Origin: Ginglymostoma cirratum
Taxonomy: Eukaryota
Assembly: GCA_024137785.1 (NCBI GenBank)
Contig: JAHRHZ010000267.1
Location: 18,993,664-19,057,663 of the forward strand
Direction of reading: 5' to 3'
DNA length: 64,000 nucleotides
Shown in pieces: positions 1 through 11,879 of this stretch; the first letter of the stretch is position 1, and every line of letters starts with the position of its first letter. The translations under genes and the position numbers were made by a program. Under the pieces are notes generated by a model. That model did not search any database and had not been told where the DNA came from. It worked only from the letters and a program-made list of their open reading frames with translations.

Positions 1-407
1 TTTTGCTGTGTAATGTGTAGTCTGTTCCTCCCTTCCTTACTGCTGGTGCCAACGTCTCTGAACAGAAACCAAAGATCGATTTTGTACAGCCTCACATTGC
101 ACCTGCACTACGCATCTCAGGATTCCTGTGCCTGCTACTCCACAGTCTACTCGCAGTGCCCTTCTCTTCACAACTGCTGCAGCTTTCTGTACACCCAGGA
201 AGTACTACAGTGCCACCTAGAGACCATATTGTTGAAACAACAACTCAGCAAATCACCACCAGCTAAATGCCACTTCATTCTAATTTCTCTCTCCAACATT
301 GATGAATCACAAGCTGTTTACATTTCAATGCCTCAGCCATGCATGACCATTCAAGGCTTTTAATCTTCAAGACAAGATCTCTCTGTGAGGGCCAGTTAGA
401 ATCTCTG

Positions 408-416
408 AATTACCTG
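408..416 (-). other. 5' splice donor ending the large protocadherin exon
   Basis: Minus-strand CAG|GTAATT directly after HTRQ, the position where PCDH9/11 large exons end. Read-through gives VIQRF then stop at 398-396. Confidence 0.8.
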
Positions 417-3400
417 TCTGGTGTGGATTGGCCCTGCAGTCTTGAAGCCTCCCTGACAACTGCATTCTGATACGCTGTAGGGGTCAGAACTGCTTGAAGA
501 ACACTTGGATAGGGAGTCGCAGCCCACCACAAATGTGTTATCCAGCGGTAACTCTTGGATCACGTGATGCTTCTTAACCGGCACTGGAGTCTCTGGCTTG
601 ATTTGAAAGGAGGGCTGTGGGGAGGTTGACTTGTAGTGTTTTCCCAGATCCGGGCTATCGGGTTTAAAAGTGGTGGGTGTTGTGCCCCAGTTGTACTTGC
701 CCATAGTCTGATCCTCCAATTCCACTGGAAGGTCCAAGGTGCCATTGATGTGCTCATGAGCAGGGTCATCTGGTTTGGACTCCTCAATTGTAACAAAATT
801 CAGAAGAAGGTTCTTTGGCGACCTCTTCTTCTTTCTTTTCTTCTTCTTAATCTGTCGGTTTTCCTGATTGGGAGACACCCACTCCCCGCTCTGTTTCCCC
901 TTCTGCACAGTTTTATGTCTTGGCGTGTGACGGCAACGCACCAAAGCAGTCACAAAAATAACAAGAATGACAGTCATAGTCCCAGCTATGATAGCAATAA
1001 CAATCTTAATATAATCATTAGTCTGTGGAGTCATCTGGCTGTCTCCAACGTTCTTATCCAATGGTGTTTCCATACTCTTCCGTACCAGATCTTGAACGTA
1101 TGTGAAATTATTGATGGATTCATTGAGAAACAAATGCACAAGTGCCATGGCATGCAAGGATTCTGGCTGACCCAAATCAATGACCTTCACCACGATCCTG
1201 TATAAGCCATGGTCTGCTGCAGTCACCTTCTCTTGCAAAGTGATATTGCCAGTCACTGGGTCAATGGCAAACAGTCCTCTGGAATTGCCACTGACTATAC
1301 TGTAGCGCAGTTCCGCATTCATCCCTGTGTCGTTGTCAATTGCAAAAACTTTACCCACCACAGAGCCAGGGTTAGCAGAGGTCGATACTAGTTCATACGA
1401 GAAGTTAGACGGAGGATATACAAACACTGGACTGTTATCATTTACATCAACAACATTTATGGTCACCCTGGCCACAGAGGACCGTTGAGGCCTTCCTCCA
1501 TCCACAGCCATGACTTGAAACGTATAGGAACTTTGCTGCTCCCTGTCAAACGTAATATTGGGTTTGATAACCCCACTGGTGGGATCAATTATAAAGTAGC
1601 CTTTATTATTCAAGATGGAAAGGCTAACAGCTGCATTGTCTCCTGCATCTGCATCTGTAACAGTAATAAGTCCAACTGTCCCATACATGGGCAGGTTTTC
1701 AGGCACGTAGAAATTGTATTCACTGTGTGTGAAGGAAGGGCTATTGTCATTTTGATCTAACACAGTCACAACCACAGTAGCATTGCTCTGAATAGAAGGC
1801 TTGCCTCCATCCCTGGCCAGTACTGTAAAAACATAACGGTCCTGTTTCTCTCGGTCTAATCTCCTCATAGCTGAGAGAATGCCAGTTCTCCGATCTACAC
1901 TGAAGACAGACGGGGCATTGGGACCCAGGAGGTAAGTGATCTCTGCATTTTTCCCACTGTCCGCGTCAGTGGCACTGATTTTTGTTAACTGTGTACCAGG
2001 GGTGTTATTTTCAGGGATTGACAGGCCAATTACGGGCTGATTAAAAACAGGAGCGTTATCATTCTCGTCCTTCAGCTTAATCACCACAGTGGCTGATTGA
2101 TTTAACGGTGGTTTGCCTGCATCGGAAGCCACTATCTTAATAGTATATTCTTTCGTACTCTCGTAGTCCAGCAAGGCAGCAGTTTCTAATAAGAACTGGC
2201 TTTCAAACACAGGCTTCAAACGGTATGGGACATCGTGGTCAGTGAAGCAGGTGACCTTCCCATTTAGGTCTGCATCTTCGTCCGTGACGGTGATCAGGGC
2301 GATTTTGGTATTGAGCGGTGCGTTTTCTGACAGCAAGACGGTGCCATTGACGGGGTTAATGATATACCTGGTGTCGATGGCGGGCACGTTGTCGTTGACG
2401 TCGGTGATGTTAATGGTGACCACAGCCCTGGAGGGGGTCGAACTCCCGTCACTGGCCAGGACGGTCAACTTGTGCACGGGGAATTCCTCCCGGTCCAGCG
2501 GCTGCCTGACGGTGATCAGGCCGGTGGACGGATTGATGGCGAAGAGGCGGCGGGCGAGCGGAGAGACCTGGTTGCTGAAGGAGAAGCGGACGATGGCGTT
2601 GGAGCCCAGGTCGGCGTCGGTGGCGTGCAGCTGGACGACCGAGGTGCCCACCGGCGCGTCCTCGGGGATGTGGACGTCGGTCTCCCCTTCCTTGAAGACG
2701 GGCCGGTTGTCGTTGACGTCGGTGACGGTGATCTGGAGGATGGCGGTGCTAGAGCGTGGGGGCTTGCCGCCGTCCTCCACCTTGATCTTCATCACGTAGG
2801 TGTCCTTCTGCTCACGGTCCAGGCTCTGCTGGACGATGAGCTGGGGCCACTTGTCACCTTCGGGGGTCTCGATGATGTCCAGCCCGAAGACGCTCTGCCC
2901 CTTGAGCAGCTCGTAGTGTTGGATGCCATTGATGCCAGCGTCCGGGTCCAGGGCGGAGGGCACTGAGTAGCGGGAGTTGACGGCTGTGTTCTCAGGGATG
3001 GAGATGTTGATGACCGCCGAGGGGAAAAGCGGAGCGTTGTCGTTGACATCCTCGATGAGGAAGCGCATCTTGACCAGCTGGAAGACCTCGTTAGGCAGCA
3101 CGGCCACCTCGACCTCGTAGAAGCAGCGGCTGTCGCTGAAAGAGTTAGCGCACAGCTTCTCCCGGTCGATGCGGTGGGCGGTGGTGTACAGCTCCCCGCT
3201 GCTGCCCTCCACCCGCAGCAGCGGGGCATCCCCGGTCTTGGAGACCAGCTTGAAGGTGAGGGGCAGACCGGCCGCCGCCGCCGCCGTCAGGTTCAGGTCC
3301 CGCACCAGATTGGCCACCAGCACGTTATCGGGCAGCTCCTCCCGGAGGCTGTAATCCCTCTCCTGTCCCGAAACCCGAGGTACCACCGCCGCCAGCAGAA

Positions 3401-3428
3401 GCATCAGGGCAACAGCAAACGCATCCAT
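414..3428 (-). CDS. pcdh11: Protocadherin-11 (delta-1 protocadherin), large first coding exon: signal peptide, EC1-EC7, transmembrane helix and proximal cytoplasmic tail. The gene continues beyond the left edge of the window.
   Basis: ATG at 3428-3426 in good Kozak context (GAGATGG), followed by a hydrophobic signal peptide ([16 protein letters not shown]). Six DxNDN linkers plus a seventh EC, with DRE/LDYE and AxDxG motifs. TM segment [25 protein letters not shown], then a basic cluster [13 protein letters not shown]11-type segments as recalled: [44 protein letters not shown]. The exon ends HTRQ at CAG|GTAATT (phase 0). The paralog PCDH9 is the main alternative. Confidence 0.9.
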
Positions 3429-3497
3429 CTCCCTCGATCCTCCTCCGGAGCAATTTGCAAAAATGCACGCACACACACACATACACTGCAGCTCCTC

Positions 3498-3530
3498 CTA
3501 AACACACACAAAAATATAAAATAAATTTCT
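3498..3530 (-). other. Candidate proximal splice acceptor for the large coding exon
   Basis: Minus strand ttttatatttttgtgtgtgtttag|GAGGAG, with the exon starting at 3497, 69 nt upstream of the ATG. Confidence 0.45.
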
Positions 3531-3615
3531 TTTGGCAAAAAGGTGAGAGGGTTTGGTGGGAGGGAAACAGGGGCAGCGGACGTGAAAAACGAAAACAAAC
3601 ACGAAGCGTCAACTT

Positions 3616-3650
3616 CTGCAGGAGAAGAGGAGCAAGGAAAAAAATAAGAG
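3616..3650 (-). other. Candidate distal splice acceptor
   Basis: Minus strand ctcttatttttttccttgctcctcttctcctgcag|AAG: a long polypyrimidine tract plus CAG. Confidence 0.5.
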
Positions 3651-3810
3651 GGGTGGGGTGGAGGAGAAGGTGGTGGGGGGGGAAGAGAGAAAAAGAACAA
3701 GAACTTGATTTTAAAAAAAAACTTGAAGCTGATGTCTGCAATAATTACAAATGCAATTCGTGTTACAGCTACAGCGACAGAAGGGCATAAAAACCAACAT
3801 TTGCAGAAGA

Positions 3811-3836
3811 GCGAGAGCGAGAGAGAGAGAGAGAGA
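3811..3836. repeat. (GA)n microsatellite
   Basis: gcgagagcgagagagagagagagaga. Confidence 0.8.
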
Positions 3837-4379
3837 TGGGGGGGGGGAATTAACATTTGCAGCAACGTCCAGAAAGGTGGGGGGGGGAAGACGACAGAAA
3901 ATATTTCAAACACTTTCAACAGCGGTGGGAGCGGACCGAGCTCGACAAATGCAATATTGCACACACGGCTGCAATGATTGCGAGGCAATTAGATACATGA
4001 TTCTGCACACTTTTTTAAAAAAGCGCAAAACAAAAAAAAAAATCATTAGAACCAAGCAATTCTTCTCTTCCCTTTTTCTAAGAAAAATAAAAAAAACTCT
4101 CTTTTCACCTTCGCTTTTCTCCCGTCCCTTGCGAATCGCTGGGGGTTGAAAAGGTACAGAAGTCAGTCAGTGACTGAGTCGGCGGTGCGGATGGCGCTGT
4201 GCCTCGCAGAGTGCTCAAACATACTCCGGGTTGAAGTTGGCAGGAGGTCGCCGGGCTTCTCCGACTCTCGGCTCTCTTGCTTGAGTTGGAGCTGCTACGA
4301 ACTCAAAGTCAGCCCCGGGTTTTGCAGCCCTTGTCACCAGCTCCGCCGCAACTTGATAGCAGCGCAGCGCCTGAGCGAC

Positions 4380-4610
4380 GCTTACCGCAGCCAGTCAGCG
4401 GCTTCCCCCTGCACTGTCTCTACCACCACCCCCCTGCACCTCCTACCGCCAGCTCCGCTCACCAATCCATACTGCCCGCAGGCGGGTCTCGCACATCCCT
4501 CATACCGCCAACACCCCCCCCAAAAAAAAACCCATTGGCTCATCGACGTGGGAGGAGGGGGTGGGTGGAGCCTGCCCTTTCAAGAGCAACCCCAAGAAAG
4601 ATTGGTCTCG
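4380..4610 (-). promoter_or_regulatory. Putative non-coding first exon and core promoter of pcdh11
   Basis: Donor GCG|GTAAGC at 4386/4385 and an alternative GCG|GTATGA at 4506/4505. CCAAT boxes on the minus strand at about 4534-4538 and 4601-4605. G-rich GC-box-like tract at 4549-4570. Confidence 0.45.
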
Positions 4611-5214
4611 CAAGAAAGCTGGTAGTAGAAACTGAGCAACATTTTGGAAATACCTAAACCGAGCCCCGCTGCTACATGAATGTCAGAGAGATGAAGTGCA
4701 AATGTGCCTGCTTTCCGTGTCATTCTTGATTCAGATTTCACAGCTGACTCAAATCCACACATCTCCTTCCCAGACCTCCACTTTCTCTCACCTATTTTAC
4801 AGAGCCTGTTTGTGTCTGCAATGCTGTAGCACACCCGCCCAGCCAGTACTTCAACTAGAGATGATCTGCGATACAATTCCACTCATCAGCCCTCTCTGCT
4901 TTCTGTCTCTGTCTCTCTGCGCAGGGATTTTCTCTCTTTTTTGTCTCTCGATGCATGAAATGGTCTTCTGTCTCTTTTGTTTTACAGCTAAGAGCAAAGG
5001 GATTATGCACAAAATGTTAATTTGTCTGTCCTCTGCGCGCATACTAACGGAACAAAGCTTTGTGTTTCCAGCACGTTTAAAGAATCCGACTTCCTGTGCA
5101 TTTCTTTTTAACCTGGTTTGTAGAATGCTCGGAATAACGTTTCGCCAGTGTCTCACCCTTGGTGTGATGCAAGCAGAGGAAGAACACACTGTCCCCCCCC
5201 CCAAAAAAAAAATG

Positions 5215-5600
5215 TGGTGTTTTTCACGTTCTGATGTTGTTCTGTAGCAATTCGCTGCCAGTTCAGGACTTGTTGAAGCGCAGCCACCGTTGTAATACAC
5301 ACAACAGCCGATTTGCACGGCAACGTATCAAGGAATGTTTTAGTGATATTAATTTTGAAAGATATATTTTGGCCAGTCCAACAGAGAGAATCATCAACTT
5401 TGGATGTGGACATGCGATCTTTTACGCCCTTTTGAGAGATCAGATAAGATGTCAGTTTAATATCTGATTCAAAAGCTCTGACAGTTCAATCCCTCCCGAT
5501 TTCTCTGTTGCAGTGTCAGCGCAGATTAAGCGTAGAAGTCTTTTTGTGAGTTCAAAACCACGTACTTCTGATGCGGGAGCGAATCGTGGTACTTGACTAG
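5215..5600 (-). mobile_element. Degenerate DeuSINE (SacSINE1/AmnSINE1-like)
   Basis: Matches the recalled reverse Deu-domain consensus (catgcgatcttttacgccc...gtttaatatctgattcaaaag...gcagtgtcagcgcagatt) and the tail (ttgaagcgcagccaccgttgtaat...cagccgatttgcac). Confidence 0.55.
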
Positions 5601-6487
5601 GGCTTCTAAATAGTCAGCTTCCGTAGTAGTCCATTGAATGATTACAGAGATAAAATCTTGAATTTGACACTCTGAGGCAACATGCAGCACTGTTTATGTT
5701 TATGTTTGCATATTCTTGTTTGGGTCAGGCTGTGATCAAATGCAATTCCACCACTATCAAACTATTAGATAAAGTCATCATTCAGCAAAAAGAGAAGGCA
5801 AACAATAAGAAATTTGAGATGATGCATGTTGCATCAACTCAGTAACACATCAGCCCCGGTGCCACATCATGGTTGGTTTCTATTCAAAACTTAGTACAAA
5901 GGGGCTTTTCAACTGAAGTAAGAGTGATCATATTAGATTATAATTCTCAAATGTTCTTTTGTTGAAGGATCACTTTTCAATTTGATTGGTAGTTACAGAG
6001 CTATCAATCTAAATTATAAAGCTACATAATAAACATGATGGGAAATTGCAGCATGTAAAAGTGTTTTAATAAGCCATAGCTTTAAAATCTGTTGCTTCTA
6101 CTTCAACTACTGGCAACAGAAATCTGCAAAAATATGACTTAAAATATGCTTTGTCACCTCCACTAAAAGGTCAGGAATCTCCCATATCACTCCAAAGCTG
6201 GAGAATAGTAGAAAATAGACATTCACATACTATGATCAATCAGCTTTCTGGTACCCACTACTTGGTGATATTTATGCCACTTTTGCTGCTGATCTATGCA
6301 CCATGATCACCTAACTGATGTTGCTAAACCTGTCAGTGCTGTGAACATGCACATCACTTCTGCTTCCCAGTTTATAACCAAAAACCTCCTCCAGACACTG
6401 CACATTGCTATTTGCCCATGCCTGGACAATGATTCAACATGGAAGTCATTACAAACTGCACAGTTCCAAAAATGCAAAGACGATGGA

Positions 6488-6792
6488 GGCAGTGGTTAGC
6501 ACTGCTGCCTCACAGTGACAGGGACCCGGGTTTGATTTTACTCTTGGGCGACTGTCTGTATGGAGTTTGCACATTCTCCCCGTGTCTGCATGGGTTTCCT
6601 CTCGATGCTCCGGTTTCCTCCCACAGTCCAAAGATGTGCAGGCGAGGTGGATCGGCCATGTTAAATTGCCCATAGTGTTCAGGGATGTGTAGATTAGGTG
6701 GGTTATAGGGGGATGCGTCTGGGTGGGATGCTCTGAGGGTCGGTGTTGACTTGTTGGGCCAAAGGGCACGTTTCCACACTGTCGGGATTATA
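6488..6792 (+). mobile_element. HE1-type V-SINE (tRNA-derived, elasmobranch)
   Basis: tRNA head (cagtggttagcactgctgcctcacag...gggtttgatt), V-domain (ggagtttgcacattctccccgtgtctgc...ggtttcctcccacagtccaaagatgtgc) and CR1/HER1-like tail. Confidence 0.9.
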
Positions 6793-7310
6793 TCATAAAT
6801 AATTTCTATATTCTGTGTTAACCATTATAAATCATTACATGTGGTGATTGTGGTACTGCATCTTATTGTGATTGCTGAATGTCACTGTCACTGTTCTAAA
6901 ACACATTCAGCAAAAGCCCAGCAAACATCATTGATTGTTTTGCAGACTCCTGGAAAGTCTCCACAGGTGCCCAGCGATCCGTAAACCCCAGTTGGTGAAT
7001 CATTGGATGAGATTTTTGACAACCTTTTACGGTTTGTAACATCTCCATTATTAAGTAAACAAATATAATAATGATAAAATGCTACTCTATTGTAATTTGA
7101 GGAATGCGCTGTTGTCCTCTGATATTTCTTTTACTACAAAAACACTTTTATTAGAAGGTTATACAAAGCAAAGTATGCAAATCTGCATTTAGCATCATAC
7201 CCAAATTTTAAACAACAGTCAATTTTAGAAGGAAATCATGCAAGAGCACAATAAAGCCAAGGGATGAAAAGGGCCATTTTGTCCATTGACCAAATGCCCA
7301 GCAGACTGTG

Positions 7311-7766
7311 TAGAGTCATACAGCATGGAAACATGCCTTCTGGTCCAAATCATCCATGCCGGTCAGTTTTGAAAACTAAACTAATCCCACTTGCCTGCAT
7401 TTGGCCCATATCCCTCTAAGCCTTTCCTATTCATGTACCTGCCCAAATGTCTTTCAAATGTTGTAACTGTACCTGCTTCTACCATTTCCTCTGGCAGTTC
7501 TTTCCACACATGAGTAACCTTCTGTGTGGAAAAAAGTGCCCCAGGTCCCTTTTCCAACTTTCTCCTCTCATCTTAAAAATATGCCACCTAGTTTTGAACA
7601 CCCCCACCCTAGGGAAAAGACCTTTGCTATTCACCTTATCTATGCTCCTCATGATTTTATAAACCTCTATTAGGTCATTCGTAACTCCTATGCTCCAGTG
7701 AAAAAAAGCCCCCAAGCCTATCCAGCCTATCATTTTAACTCAAGCCCTCCAGTCCTGGTAACACCA
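7311..7766 (-). mobile_element. CR1/HER1-type LINE 3' fragment
   Basis: Minus ORF DLIEVYKIMRSIDKVNSKGLFPRVGVFKTR is a CR1 ORF2 C-terminus; typical tail agagtcatacagcatgga. Confidence 0.85.
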
Positions 7767-8440
7767 TTAAAAACATTGACTGCAGTGGTCTCTCACAATT
7801 AAATGCTCTTAAACTAGAATCTCTAAGAACAGAAAATGCTGAAACATCCCTGAGAAGAATCAATATAATTCAACCTTAGCCAGTACAATGAAGTGAAGTT
7901 GGAAGCTTAATTGGTCAAATCAAAGTCACAGAATCTACATTGGTGAAGACATAAAATTGCATTGGATCTAGCATTCAAAGTTAAATATTCTTGAATCCTG
8001 AGTCATGGGTCACTCACCAGGCTCGTATCCAACTCTCCCAGATCTCTATGAAACAATTACAGTTAAACTGATTACCTTTCAGCAACTATAACTTTGCTGC
8101 TTTCACCCAATCTGTTACCTATGCCGTAAAAGCTAAATAACCTACTTTTGCAGAAAATCTCCTCACTTTTCAAAGAAATGGTTTCCAAAGCAGGCTATCT
8201 GATGTGTAAATCTCTGCTTATTGTAGGAAAGAAATGGGTGAGCACTTATTTTATGGCCATTACCAGTAACCCCCCTCTGCAGTTTAGTAATAAGTATATC
8301 GGCACATCAGGGTTCATTCTTAGAAAAATAAACAAACAGTGAAATTCACAGCTGTCCTGAAACCTGTGTGGGGGAGCTCATAACAGAGGAGCAGCTAAGT
8401 GGCTTATTTTTTAAAGTGTAACCTTACCTTTTGAAAAAAA

Positions 8441-8772
8441 ACATGAGGAGCATAGATGGGGTGTTCTCTTTCCTAGGATAGTGAAGTCCAAAATAGAGGA
8501 CATAGGTTTAAGGTGAGATGGGAAAGACTTAAAAGAGTCCTAAGGGGCAACCTTTTCAGACAGACGGTGGTGTGTGTAGCTGCCACAGGAAGTTTTGGAA
8601 GCTGGTACAATCACAACATTTAAAAAGCGTCAGGATAGGTATATGATTCGGAAACATTTCGAGGGATATGGGCCAAATGCTGGCAAATGAGACTAGATTA
8701 ATTTAAGCTATCTTGTTGGCATGGAAGCATTTTCTAAAAGGTCTGTTACCATGCTATACAGCTCTATGACTC
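8441..8772 (+). mobile_element. CR1/HER1-type LINE 3' fragment
   Basis: cataggtttaaggtgagatgggaaag ... gggatatgggccaaatgctggcaaatg ... atgctatacagctctatgactc tail. Confidence 0.8.
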
Positions 8773-9269
8773 AAAGGGTACCAAAAGAGTATCCATAGAA
8801 TATGTACTTGTGGAATGAATACTTTCAAATGCCATATTAGCAAGGACATTAGTAAATGCAGATTAAAGATCCAATGGAAGGATGCAGATTAAGAAGATAA
8901 GGATGTCAATCAGACTGCAACACTGTGTTGACATCTGCGTTGCATCAGGCACTTGAATGTTTTCTAAAGAGCATATCAACTATTTGCAAGTTATTTGCTA
9001 GTTGATTTAATCAGCTGCTGTTATGATTCTAATAGTGTTAATTGCTTTCTGTAGTCGTTTCGGGCTGGAAACCTCTACAGTGAGTGCTGTGGCAAGTTCT
9101 GAAGAAGCATTTGCTGCTTTAAAGTTTCTGTGCAATAAACTCCCAGACTTGTGGGTGCACTGTTTGGCATTTCCCTTGTAACACAGCATGATTCGGAAAA
9201 AGACAGAAGGCAGACAAAACAAGACATGCTACTTGAAGAGCGACAAAGAGGAAGGGGAATAGTGTTCTC

Positions 9270-10200
9270 AATAGGAGGCCGTATCCACACAATTGTTCGT
9301 GGAGAAATTCTTATTTCTTAAATATCAACAAACAATATTTGAACCAGTTTGATTCAGCAAGGAGATTTTCATTGAAAGGTGCCACCTGCTCAAGCCACAA
9401 CTGCTGCTTCTAAACAGGCAAAGAGTTGTTGCTTCAGTGGTTGCTAAGGTGACTGCAGCAGTTAACAATTGAGCATCAGGGCTGGAGCTGGAGATATTTG
9501 GCATACACGGCTCCATAAGACAAGTCACTCAGGATCTGTATTCCAAGCATACTGAACATATCTCATTCTGTCTCATCAGAGGAAAGAAGTCAGAATGAGT
9601 TCATGGCTTCCACATGGTTCAGGAGGCTATTAACTGCGTGCACTTCACTTTGTTGGAACCACATGTCAACTCTACCCTTTCCAGAATCAAAAGACATTCC
9701 AATTTCTTAATATGCAGCTGGTGTGTGACCAGAGGCAGTCTGTCTTGCAGGTCAGTGCCCTGTATCCTGGCAATAGACATGAAGCTTTCATTCTTAAAAT
9801 CTCCTTATACAACAAAGTTTGAATGACCCTGGCAAAACAAAGGATGACCACTGATGGACAAAGATTAACCACTGATGACAAGGCTAACGATCCTGGCGTG
9901 CAACACATGTACACAAAGATAGCGTGAAATGGGATAGAATAGATTATTGGGTGTTGAAACAATGATTCCAATATCTGGATCATGTTGGAAGAATCTTTCT
10001 TAACTCAGCATAGCAGATGTCAAGAACTAAGATGTTCTCCTGTGTGCTGCACATCCTCACTGTCATGGAAAAATAGCCATTGCCACCAGCCAGATGGCAA
10101 ACAAATGAGGAACAGAACCATGATGAGCAGTAGGAGAACCAAGGAGAGGAAGACAAATGAAAAGGAGGGAAGAGGTCACCTAACAATTCCTTTCTGAGTG
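9270..10200 (+). mobile_element. Decayed PIF/Harbinger (HARBI1-like) transposase
   Basis: Collinear motifs across frameshifts: RRPYP, FSKE, CHLLKPQL, AKVTAAVN, HGSIRQVTQDLY, GFHMVQEAINCVH (consensus GFPxVQGAIDCTH), LNMQLVCD, YPGNRHEAFIL, GVLKQ*FQYLDH. Confidence 0.8.
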
Positions 10201-11879
10201 CTATAATGAAAGCAAAGAAGAGGCATACTAGACTCGACATGCCAGCTCTGTTTCTCTCTCCACAGATGCTTCTAGATCTGGATTGCTCCAGCACCTTCTG
10301 TTTTAATTCCTTTTCTGACAGTGCTGTCCATATAAAAGTCATACAAATGTGATACCAGCAAATATTTTCTCAACTCTTCTTTCACAAATATTTCACACCA
10401 TACCTTCCATCTCTCACCGATTCTCATTGCTTGGTCAAAATGTTAAAATTAAAATCTACCACAAAATAAACAAGCCAAATGAAGTTTATCAATTAAGTCA
10501 TGTAATATTGCATGTAAAGGCAACTAATTCTTGTGCAGTCTCCCAGTGCCTGTCTTCCTCAAGTTTATTTTTCCTGTCTGACTACTTCAATGCAGTGCAA
10601 TTCCAGTGGCTGACTTTCACTGTATCAGAATGCAGATGATTTTGGAGAATAACCTGTATCAACTTTATGCCTTAAAGGTTCAGTTGCCAACTACACATTC
10701 TCAACATGGGTAGCAGTTGCCTGGTTTCATTGTCAACAAGTAACAATAAAGACATCGTTGGAGTGGCAGCATTGGGAGTCTGAACTCTATCTGCCTGAGC
10801 AAAGGAGCAGGTTTTCCATAAGCCATTAACCATACCTGTGCCTCAGGAATCCTAGAAAACTACAAGAGAATAAATTGCTGGACTACTATCACACTTTATT
10901 AATCATTGTAGCCACAGCCATGACGGCAGACATCTGAGCTGCCATGGGAGCAAGCTGACTTTGCTTAACATCAGTTGAACACTCAGACACTGGGTGCCCG
11001 CAGCTTGCTTCTGCAATAAAACTGCATCTTCAGCTATAAGATACTGCATAATACATGGATCTGGAATTCATCACATTTCCAATCTGGAGAGGATGAGTTT
11101 CAAACATAGCAAAGAGGCCTGCGCAAACTGCGCTGAACACCTCCACAGACCTCGACATTGACAGTAGGACTTTTGACTTGCTTCCCAATGCATTAAGCAT
11201 TGCCTTGTGCAGACCTATCAAGCTTTTCTTTACACTACGCATTTAAGTGCTCATTTGAATTGCAACCTTACCTTCTGGCATGTTGGCACATATCCTGTCT
11301 TTGCTGTAGCCGTGCCTGCAGCTGACTCATGCCTGGTGTCTCGCTACATGCAGCTATCAACTTTAATCTAACATCCAAGATGTATGCAGTGTCAATATCT
11401 GACTTGGTAGTTAACGACTTTTTTTAACTGATGTGGAACATTACTTTCTTCTCGTAATTCATCCACTGCTCAGCCAAGTTGCATCTATTGAGAAAGGAGA
11501 AAGGGAGAAGGGTAAAGGTGTACAATTGGAGTGGAAGAAAAAGTAAGAGATACATTCTTATATCATCTGCAGTTTATAAATCAAGAAGAGTGTGGACTGG
11601 GTAGAGAGTAGGATACACAAAGGAGGATTATATATGACGATAAAATCATCTTTGATTTTAGCCCCACTGTTGACAATAGGTTCACCAATGGATATTCCAG
11701 TAATAGCTGACACTGCTTTCTCCATGGGGATTAGACATACAGCTGTGCCTGTCCCAATGTGGTTGGCTCCAGATGACTCCAGCATGTATCACTTTGACTG
11801 GCAAGAGAGAAGCACATGTGTCAGTGAATATCCTGGCCTCTATTTGCACAGGATGGTTGTCACAGTTAAACGGCTGGTA

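Larger units (their letters stand above)
2270..4620. promoter_or_regulatory. CpG-island-like region over the 5' end and putative promoter of pcdh11
   Basis: Visibly high GC and CpG density at 2270-3450 and 4130-4560, against AT-rich, CpG-poor flanks. Confidence 0.7.

Noticed and set aside
3429-3482. N-terminal extension [18 protein letters not shown] in the 1028-aa ORF
   Set aside because: It derives from a (TG)n-rich 5'UTR. The ATG at 3428 has Kozak context and begins the signal peptide.
636-3524. Long plus-strand and alternate-frame ORFs overlapping the protocadherin exon (189, 185, 164 and 145 aa)
   Set aside because: These are shadow ORFs caused by codon bias and high GC, with no recognisable domains.
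3404-5413. Several 100-190 aa ORFs around the promoter
   Set aside because: Low-complexity translations of homopolymers and microsatellites, often with non-ATG starts.
6488-6545. tRNA-like sequences (also at 40518, 39427-39530 and 61420-61509)
   Set aside because: They are SINE heads attached to SINE bodies, with no intact cloverleaf.
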